Below, piece by piece: positions 46,120 through 64,000 of a stretch of 64,000 bases of DNA. The translations under genes were made by a program, and so were the position numbers. Under the pieces are notes generated by a model that saw nothing but the letters and a program-made list of their open reading frames with translations, searched no databases and was not told the origin of the DNA. The stretch is from Utricularia gibba (taxonomy: Eukaryota > Plantae > Magnoliophyta): positions 2,542,001 through 2,606,000 of the forward strand of contig NEEC01000011.1 of NCBI GenBank assembly GCA_002189035.1, given 5' to 3'. Numbering within the stretch: the first letter of the stretch is position 1; each line of letters starts with the position of its first letter.

Positions 46120-48024
46120 ATGGCGGCAGCTCCTCTCCATCCGAATTCCATCCTCGGTTTCCTACAATCATCTCCAAGTTCCCGAAAACGAACATTTGCA
46201 GTTTCTCCTTCATCTACCCACTTTTGTCCAGAGAAAAATCCATCGCATTTCGCGCGAATTTGAAGAAAAAGAACCCATGGCTGGACCCTTTCGATCAAGG
46301 GGACGACCCGGAAATGGAGTACGGTTCCCTTTTCTCGGATGGTAAGCAGGAAGAGGATACCAGACCCCCCGATAACCCTGATAATCCGTATGGGTTTCTC
46401 AAATTCCCTGCGGGTTATAATGTGGAGATTGCTCCCTTGGGATTGAAGACCAGAGGGGATGTGAGAAGATGTTGCTGTTTGATTGCTGGTGGGGTTTACG
46501 AGAATTTGCTGTTTTTTCCTACTATTCAGTTGATTAAGGATCGTTACCCTGGAGTCCAAATTGATGTCATCACTTCGGCTAGGGGGAAACAGTGTTATGA
46601 AATGAACAAAAATGTTCGATGGGCTAATGAATATGACCTGGATGATGATTTTCCTGATCTAGCTGATTATGTGGATATGCTTGGAGTCATTAAGGTGATT
46701 GAGAATTTTAAGGCTTTTGTTTGTTTGTTCCGCATTCAGGTTAGCAGAATTTGCAGGTTCTTGGAAAGATGATGAGCAAGTAAATGTTTACATAACCAGG
46801 GCAGGTACTACGACATGGTGCTATCAACTAAGTTAGCAGGCCTAGGCCATGCTGCGTTTGTGTTCATGTCGAGTGCCCGGGATCGAGTTAGCTATGTTTA
46901 CCCAAATGTAAATGCTGCTGGAGCAGGACTACTACTTTCAGAGACGTTCACGCCGGACAGCACCAACCTATCTGAAGGTGGATACCACATGTAAGGATAA
47001 GTAGCTGTGTTCATTTTTGTGACTTGATGATGCTTCATCTTTTGCTGGGCTGCACAATGAAGGTATCATCAGATGATTGACTGGTTGGGGAGGCCATTCC
47101 GTAGCGTTCCCAGACAGCCGGTTCTGCCTCTCAAAGTATCACTCTCAAGGAAGGTGAAGGAGGTTGTTGAGGAGAAATATACAAAGGCAGGTGCAGTTAA
47201 GGGCAGATACATTGTGATTCATGGGATTGAGTCTGATTCAAAGGCGTCCATGCAATCCAGGGGAGACACTGATTCCTTGTTGCCTCTTGAAATATGGGCT
47301 GAAATAGCTTATACTGCACTAAGCCGCAGGTACAGAACACTAGCTCTTGTTGGTGTTTTGATCAAGCGACTTCATGCCATTTTAGCCACTAGATCATGCT
47401 ACCTCTAACGGATTTCGACATGAACAGTGATCTCACTCCGGTTTTCGTAATCCCACATGAGAAAGAGAGGGTAAATGTTGAAGATATAGTCGGATACAAT
47501 ACATGCATTGTGTTCATCACCACCCCTGGGCAGGTTCCATTGCTTTCACTACTGCATTTCTTGAATTCATAAACCAAAGGATGATTCCTTCTGATTGATT
47601 TGGTTTGGTAGCTTGCTGCACTGATAAACGATTCGGCTGGAGTGATAGCTACAAACACTGCAGCCATACAACTCGCAAACGCTCGAGATAAGCCAAGGTA
47701 AGTAGCTCATCTTCTCTATCCATGCCGGCAACCCAGTTGAAAAAACTTGATTTCATCATCTTTTTCACATTACCTGTTCGATTTTATGGAATATCGTCTT
47801 CCACCTTGGTACATTGGGTTTTACATGTGCTTTTTTTTTTCCTGAACAGCATTGGGTTGTTCTGCTCTGATGAAAAAGCTCAGGCCTTCGTTCCAAACCC
47901 AGAAGAGAAAAGATGTACACTTATCACATCAAAGACTGGGAAACTTGTTGATATCAACGTACAAGAGATTAGCAACGCCATGCAAATTTTCTCAACACCA
48001 ACTCCATTGGCAGTTCTCCAATGA
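46120..48024 (+). CDS. PNSB1: Chloroplast NDH complex subunit PnsB1 (NDF1/NDH48); exons 46120-46694, 46800-46990, 47063-47329, 47428-47533, 47612-47697, 47850-48024; probable -1 frameshift in the transit-peptide region
   Basis: KKKNPWLDPFD.GDDPEMEYGSLF..NPYGFLKFPAGYNVEIA..GDVRRCCCLIAGGVYENLLFFP..YYDMVLSTKLAGLGHA..VIHGIESDSKASMQSRGD. Confidence 0.93.
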
Positions 48025-48175
48025 CAACAATTGCTGTACTGTGTGCATTAATAGTTTCACATTTTGAAGACGAAAATTCTCAATACCACATGTAATGTAA
48101 CTCATTTCAGCCATACCTGAAGCACATAAAAATTCTTCACACCAAGTTGCTGCATTACATATGCTAACCAGTGGC

Positions 48176-56455
<8,280 letters not shown>

Positions 56456-57703
56456 GGTTTCCGCTACAAATGGGAAGTGCTTCTGTAAGGTGGCGAGAGA
56501 GTTTTATATAGTAAATGACACGTGGATCACCGTGCTTGAGATATTTTTGTTTAATTTTAGCTAATGTAACTATAAAAAGATACATATTTTACTTTTGTGA
56601 TTCACTTTTGCTACTTTTACCTTTTTTCATAAACTTTTAAGCTTTCTCCTTTTTCTCCCTTTACTTTTAAAAAAAGTAAAACAAAAAATTATATTTTAAT
56701 AAAAACTAGATTTTTGTTAAGAACTTCATAGAAGTCGATGGTTTCTTCCTTCTTCTTTTGGAATCAAATGAACTCCTAAACTTATAAATAACCTCAAGTA
56801 GTCATTTTAATGCGATTTTGATAAATTTATTTCGTTCTTATAGCATATGAACAGTACGGTAATACAAAGCTTCTTCACAAAAAATTAACTTGCGCAGAAA
56901 AGAAAAACAAATACTATTTTGAAGGTGGACTTTGGAGAAGTAAATGCAGCGGAGAATCTCCCACAGTTTCTGATCCTGAAGTTCATGGAACGGATGGATG
57001 GATATGAAACCGACTAGGATTAGTTCCCAAGCACAAAATATAACGGATTAATACATTATGACTCCAGCTGATGGCACGGTTACAGAGACATTAAATCAAA
57101 AGCTTTCTAGTTCAATGTCCCACTATAAAAGTACATTCAGATAAAGATTCATCAACTGAAACAAAAGCATAGAAAGTGATGAAGAGATTGGGTTTTATCT
57201 GCTTCATGACTCTTACTCTGCTAAGTTTCATGCTCTTTTCAGCATATGGTTAGCTGCATATTTTCATCATAAGAAATGGCAGACATCAGGTATATGACTG
57301 ACAGCATGCATATTCACTGCAGGGAAAACAGAGGCGCACACAATGAGAAATATTTGCAGGGATGATGCCCAGCATGCCAAAGAAGCGTGCACCAACTATT
57401 GCACAGCTTACCCTTACCAGTATGCATCTGGAGAATGTAAATGGCGCTGGTATCTTCTGTGGATGGAGGGTGATTGCGTTTGCTATCTGGCTTGATGGCA
57501 TGTATACCATCTTCCATCTTTCAAGCCAATTACATCCATGAATAAAGATCCCCTGAATATATATGTGATCATGTTAAACGGACGAATATATTGTAAAGTA
57601 AAGCACTGCTAGTAATATGATATCCAATCATTGGAAGGTTCACCTGGATCATTCTGGAGGGAGGATGCAGTGGATAAGATGATGAGATTCCATCAGATTT
57701 TAG

Positions 57704-59573
57704 TTATCTTATTGCTTTTTGGAGCTTTTCTCCTTTCACTACTCTGCTTCTCCAACGTCTCAATCCATCACCTGTCCTTACATGCCTCACAACAGTCATT
57801 TGCACTTTTTTTTTCTTTGTAATGTCTTTCAATGGAGCACTGCTCTGCACAAGCTTCGTAAGTGAAGGATCTATTGATTTGATCTCAGAGTAGAACTCTT
57901 TAGCTTTGGCAATTAGCCCTCTTCTAATCAATCCTTGCACCAATGCACGGTAATGCTCCTCATTTGGCTTCACCTCGTGCATCTTCATTTCCGACCATAC
58001 TTTTAATGCACTCTCAGGTTCACCCAGTCTGAAGAATTTATTCAAAAGTAAAGAAAAAGTTTCTGAGGTTGGACTCAAACCAACTACTCTCATATGCTTC
58101 AGTAGTAGCAATGTCCTTTCTAATGTCTCACCCTGCAACAACGCATTGTAAGTATCCGATGTGGGGTTGTTTCCATTACTTATCATCCTGGCGAGCACAA
58201 TTTTCGCATCCTTAAACTTCGCAGCTTTGCAAAGGGGAGAGATCATAAGGTCATAGGTAGTAGAGTTTGGTTCAAGACCAATTTCTTTCATCCCGTCAAC
58301 AATCCTAAGAGCTTTGCTCAAACAATTTTCCCCAGTTAGAACATGAACAAGAGAATGATACACCTCCAGACCTGGAATCCAGCCTCTCCTTTTCATCTCA
58401 TCGTGCAGTCTTAATGATTCAAACAAATTACCCACCTTAGAGTAGCACGAAATCATGTGGGTGTACGAAGTTCCATCTGGTTTGATACAGCATTTAGACA
58501 TTTCCCGCCAAACCCTCTTGGCTTCATATACATCGATGATTATGTTACACCAGCCATTGAGAATTATATTGAAGCTTCCTACTTCGAGTGGGAAGAACTT
58601 CTTATTCAGATACATGAAATCTTCAGCCTCTTCAACGTTTCCATGTTTGCAGAGAATATTCAAGAATGCAAAGTAGGTATTCAAGTCTGGGGAAAACTTA
58701 AATTTCTGCATCAAATTGAAAGTTCGTATCGCCTTGCTCGTCTCATTTGCTGCAGCATACCTGTGGGGATAGAAAACAAGAAAAACAAAATCGTGGGCAA
58801 TAAATACAGAAAAGTTGAATCTTTTTGAAGCAATCCAATCAAAGGTCATGTTCAAGGCGAAGCGTGATCTTTCTCAACTTCTCATGCCCAAATATTACAT
58901 TCCCTTGTAACCTTTTTCATGGCATCACGCCTGTAAATCGAGATCAATTACAAGTCTCCATAATATGAAACATCACTTACCTGTCAATCATGATCAGCAT
59001 TGCTTGTTGTATGTCCTTAGAATCGGCACAAAGCTCATGAATCAGACTCCACGCAGTACTGAACTTTAGATTGTTTCCCAATACCCATATCATCAAACAC
59101 CAGGTCTTCTCAACCAAGCAATCCCATTTCTCACCCCATTTGTACACCAAAAAGGCCGACTTCCACTCTTCTCTCAACACCCAAATCAGAAAAAAAATAA
59201 CATCTTTATTCGGTTCAACACCAGAATCATCAAGAAAAGCCGTCGCTTCATCCCCATACGCAAAGTCCTTAGCATTCCGAATCCTTTCAAGAACTTCACA
59301 ATCACAGGGTTCCATACCCCTTTGCCTCCTCACTTCCTCCAAAAGGTTAATAACCTGATCACCATCCGGTCCAAATGCGCAATCTAGGAACCCGAAATCA
59401 GGAACTTGTTCTAAGCCCCCGCAAGACGCTCGATGAAATTCCCGAGAGAAGGTAACCGAAGCACGACGGCTACAAATAAATTTCGAAAGAAGTGAGAGAG
59501 AGGAGTGACGAGATGCGGCATCATTGCGTCCAACGAATCGGAGGCTCCGGAGTACGCCGGCGAGCAACACCAT
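57704..59573 (-). CDS. P-class PPR protein (At1g80880-like, probably mitochondrial); exons 59573-58981, 58760-57704
   Basis: EWKSAFLVYKWG..AMLIMIDR/YAAANETSKAIRTF..SFNIILNGWCN..SYTHMISCYSKVGNL; repeated PPR helices; GT-AG phase-2 intron. Confidence 0.92.
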
Positions 59574-59984
59574 GAGTGATGGCTTTTCGACTTACGTTTC
59601 AGTACGTTTATTCACAATTATTTTTTTAAATAAAAAATCTAAAAAATAGAAATATTAAATTTAGATATTTATTTTTTACTAATAATTTTAAAAATGTTCA
59701 TTAAATAATTCAATTGAGAAACGTGAATAACATGAATAATAAACTAGATCCAATGTATCTTTTTTTGCCTGGTATAAAAAATTTCTTGGGGCATTCCAAT
59801 ATTATTATAGTATTTGTGTTTTTTATGTATTTTTTTTATAGTGTCGGTGGTCGAGGCTCGGGTAGGTGTGATCAAATTTTAGATCCATGCCTTGCACAAT
59901 GGGTACACAAATTTACATGAAATGTACACTTTAAACACATGGGTGACGTGTTCGAAACTACCCATGAGTCATGGTACGTGTGGA

Positions 59985-60568
59985 TTAAAGATTGGCAGGG
60001 GATGAGTAATCGCGAACCCAAGCTCCCTCCCATCCCATCCATTCTTCCCACTCCTCCCAATCGTCCATAGTCTCATGCATCTCCGCCATCTCCACCGTCG
60101 CTCCGCCTCTCGTGTTCCTCATCACAATCTGCAACCACAACAATTGAAGGATAAGCGTCGCTTGCTACGATAATATGGAATTCCGACTTGACAGCGGATG
60201 CGACAAGCCTGCGATTTAGGTTTCCGTTACGGAAGGTGTTGAGGAGACTCACATTGTACGCTTCGTTGATCTGGCGAAATCGCAGGGTGCAGTTCTGTTC
60301 TCTACATACATCGGGATGGTACTGCAAGTTGAGGCAATTGTGCTTCAGATTACGCGACGGATGGATTCTATTTTGCGCAATCTCCGACAAAAGGAATCGG
60401 GAAATCGGTTTGTACCTTAAGAGCGAGCTTCCGGAAGGCTCTTTTGACCTCTGATTGAGAAGCGCCGGGGCTAATCTTGAGCATTTTGTAGGGATCGGCA
60501 ACAGCTGAAGAAGAAACATACGGATGCCTCGTTGGATGGGCAAAGGAGCAGGAGGCCGGAGCAGCCAT
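59985..60568 (-). CDS. J8: Small chloroplast J-domain protein, DnaJ 8-like; exons 60568-60416, 60321-60253, 60128-59985
   Basis: DPYKMLKISPGASQSEVKRAFRKLALK/YHPDVC..FRQINEAYN (HPD motif); C-terminal DDWEEWEEWMGWEGAWVRDYSS. Confidence 0.9.
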
Positions 60569-61130
60569 TCTTCCGCAGCAAGATAACGCAAAACCCAACG
60601 AATTGAAATTTAAAGAGAATCGGGTACACGACGGAGGCAACTCCACCCCCCCTTTTATAGATTTACGTGACGCCGATGTGGATTTTTCCAACCCAAATTG
60701 GTCAACTGTCTGTTTTTTTGATTGACCGATCAGTTCTCCCTTTCCGAGTTCAAATTATTAAGTGGGTCCCACTCTCCCCGAGTAAATTGATCCTTTTAAA
60801 ACGTGTTTCTTTTTTCCATGTCCTAACGTGCTGTTGTCTTATTCAAACTTTTGAATTTTTAAATAAGAAAAAGGTTGCGATTGGACCGAATTTCTCTATT
60901 TTTCTATTTAAAACGAGAAATCAGAAATTTCAAGAGAATACCAATTCTTATTTAAACGAAAGCACATGGACAACAGCCCCATTGCAGAACCTGCTGTACG
61001 GAAGTGTGCACCGGGGAGGTGAATTGTTCCATTGAAGATTATAGACAGAGCACTCGGAGTCGAGCTTGAGCATTGGAGGTTCAAAAACAGTGCATTCTGC
61101 TGAGAGCTTACGGTTTTACAGTGAAGAGTA

Positions 61131-63845
61131 TTAGGCTTTCTGTGTGAGAGGTTGCTTGAGATGCACCAAGATCATCGTCATGTTGTCACAGCCCTCTTGG
61201 CCAGATGATGGAGCCAAGCACTTGTCAAGCACTCTTTCACAGACGACAGATAGCTTCTTTCCCTGAGGGGAGAGATAAGAGGATTTGGATGTTATGCAGT
61301 TGTCATTGGTGTAACGTAACTTGTGGGGAAGAGGAAACGCTGTGAAACCTAACTGCATTTTTTATCATCTCTTCTTTGACGAAGTCGATTGCTTGCTGAC
61401 TCGACATGCAATCCCTGTACGAAGACAATGGAAGACAGAGCTTTAGTATCTGATAGTAAAGCTATCTTTGGGAGAATCTACGTGAGAAAAACAACAAAAA
61501 AAAGGTTGCCATGTGTTGGGTGAAGTTGCGAGGTACACTAAGCTTACCATATTCCATCACAAGCTAGTATGAGAAAATCGTCATCTTCAGAAAGAGATAC
61601 CTACATGGATGAACAGAACATTACATTCTGTACCTTGAATTGAAACTTTTGTTATACAAAGCAATAACATTAGTAACGGCAAAGGTGTCTCTTCAAAAAT
61701 TAAGAGGCCGGGATGCTATAAGGTTTAACTTGGAACAGAGAGACTAAGCAAGGGAGCAATCATTGATTGAAAGTGGTCTGCATATGGTATTCGTCAAGTG
61801 CAGGAAATAAATTGACATACGGTAACAATATCAGGGTCAGCTGTCACAATTTGCTTTTGAGCAGGCAAGGATTTGTTTTGCTTTAACTCCATATCACCTG
61901 AAACATTTAGTTGCATCCAGTGATAATAGGAAGGGGAGAAGAGTATCCACATTTTCATTGAGTAGAGAGTACCTATGGCCCTGGTCAAGTTCAGGCTTCC
62001 GTTCACTCGTCCAAAATGTATGAATCCACCAGCTTCCAGTATCCTTTTTTTCTCAACAGGAAGGTGTGGTTTGTGATCTTTGGATAAATCATGTGCCTAA
62101 AACGATGTTCAACAATATTGAAATAAATGCCAGAGATCCTCACTGTTTAACAATACTGCATCAGCTACTGAACTAAAAGTTGATTTAAAAGGCCTATGTG
62201 ATAATTTCTGGTATTGAAGATAAACGTTGCATTCATATAATGCTGATATTACGTGTCAATAACTCATATTTTAAACGAAGGAAATTTATTGCCTTTCCTT
62301 TCCGAGACAAGACACATCTCGAGTCGCCCACATTTGCCACAGTGAGTTGATTGTCCCGGAGAATAGCAACACATGCAGTGCTCCCAGAGCTTGGGCCTTT
62401 ATGGTCGCCTGAAATACCCTGTATAGGGAAGCATGCTGATAAATGAATAAAAGAGCTTGAAGACTCAAGAATGCAAATATTTGAACTAAACTAGTTCAGG
62501 GAGTAAGAGAGAGGAATACGAGTTGCAATAGGATGAAAAAGAATACCAAGAATATATCCTTCACTGACCAAGAATATATCCTTCACTGAAATAAAACTAC
62601 ATGGCACCATTGATTGCAGACCTGCCCACGGGAGAAAGATGCCTGCGCATTAGCACCCTCCGTTTGCCTAGAGTTGGATTGTTGTTCCATGCCCTTCAAG
62701 AATTCCAACTCTTTCTGTCCGGAAGTCTCACACATCATCTCATCTATCCTACAGCCGGAAGAACATTAGACTGAAATTTCTCATAACAGAAAATCAACAT
62801 TATATGCAACCACTTGTTCCTGCCAGGTGAGGTTAACCATATGAGTCTTGTAACTATCATTCTACGAACTAAAATACTTTAGAAATAAATCAAACATAAT
62901 TTATTTCCATCGAGAAAGCTACTTCAAAGGACTAAACTAGAAATAATTCAAAAAAAAGAAAAAAAAAAACGAAAAATGAAAGTCAAGTTTGGATGACCAT
63001 TGCACTCGAATGAAATTTAAGATACAAATCCCAAACGCAGATCTGCGAATACCTGAGAAAAGCATGCCTCAGAGATGACTCCAAATCACCAGCTAAATAC
63101 GCTTCATCCTGAAGTATCTGATGATGAAGAAACTTTGCACAAAATCCTGAAACTTCTTTGCCTGATAAACAAAATAATTCTTGTCGTTTACTCACTAAAC
63201 AACTCATATCCTTAAGTGAGTAATCAATTTGCTAATATATGAAAAAAAAATCAGTACAATAAACAGCCAAGAGCCTTAAAAAAAGATCAAAGCAACTAAG
63301 GGAAATAAGAATCACAACATATTATCGCTGGGTAGAGAATCACAGAGAAAAACAATGTGCATTTGACATAAAAAGGTGAATCTATTATTCGTCTTTACCC
63401 CCATGGCCATCATAGACTCCAAAGAAAGAGGTAGGACCGTCCAAATCCATAAAAGCAGCATGCTGTCCGCAACCAGAGTCAACATAGGTGAACACTTGCC
63501 CATTAATAAAAATAATGATCAAATTCAACAGCTGAAGAAACTGGAAAAGATATCCATGGCACGTCATCTTATGTCAAACAACACAAGTGACGCCAAACAC
63601 ACTTCCTATTCAGTGGCAAGACATGAAAATCCATATCCATATGAGGCAATATTTCTCAACGCAAGCAGATATCACAGTATGAGCATACGAAAATTAAAAA
63701 GTCGGTTGAGCAAATGCAAAGAATTTACAGCGTCTTCCATTGTTGTTCTCCATCCCTGCATTGAAGACAAGCCATATCTCAGGATATCATTCTCGCCATC
63801 CTCAGAGAACTTCTCAGTCTTCGGTGTGCTTAAGTACCCCCCCAT
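61131..63845 (-). CDS. Protein phosphatase 2C (clade I, At4g31860/At2g25070-like); multi-exon, includes one probable GC-AG intron
   Basis: [95 protein letters not shown]. Confidence 0.94.
62546..62589. repeat. Perfect 22-bp tandem duplication in a PP2C intron
   Basis: ccaagaatatatccttcactga x2. Confidence 0.95.
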
Positions 63846-64000
63846 GTTGATCTGGAAAAGTAATTAACAATGAATATTTTATCATAACATACAGAAAACA
63901 GCTCGTGTTGTACAAAAATGCAATTCCACAGGAAGTGATGCATAAAACATAACTCAGCCACAACAAGTGATCCTGAGAAAACTCATGAACAAGAACGCAT

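Noticed and set aside
3821-46263. Programmed ribosomal frameshifting as an explanation for the split ORFs
   Set aside because: No slippery heptamer plus downstream structure, the genes are unrelated, and the pattern fits homopolymer sequencing error.
56720-57010. Coding-looking fragments upstream of ABCC13 (FEGGLWRSKC.., KKEETIDFYEVLN)
   Set aside because: Short, no start or splice context, and no recognisable family.

Overview
Eukaryotic nuclear DNA from a flowering plant (eudicot) with a compact genome: about 21 spliced or intronless protein-coding genes in 64 kb, short GT-AG introns and little transposon DNA. Genes in order: PTI1-like kinase, SNRNP25-type ubiquitin-like protein, KEG-like kinase, CUE-domain protein, CLU/TPR protein (REC/TSS family), vacuolar H+-PPase AVP1, an orphan coiled-coil ORF, MRS2 Mg transporter, serine-rich protein, PPR, divergent MIXTA-type R2R3-MYB, receptor-like kinase with a dead-looking active site, ERF003-type AP2/ERF, phosducin-like PLP3, RPL7-like, CIPK, NDH subunit PnsB1, ABCC13, PPR, chloroplast DnaJ J8 and a PP2C. 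The most notable observations are: a minor-spliceosome AT-AC intron followed by a probable GC-AG intron in ABCC13; a duplicated pseudo-exon with a stop codon in AVP1 intron 1; an HRD-to-HRN receptor kinase with a tandemly duplicated 3' end; and five single-base frameshifts in four otherwise intact genes, which look like assembly errors. A Tourist-type MITE and a LINE relic are also present. No prokaryotic system, CRISPR array, tRNA or rRNA was found. Exon coordinates were derived by hand from splice signals and remembered homologue sequences. No database search was run and the species cannot be identified.
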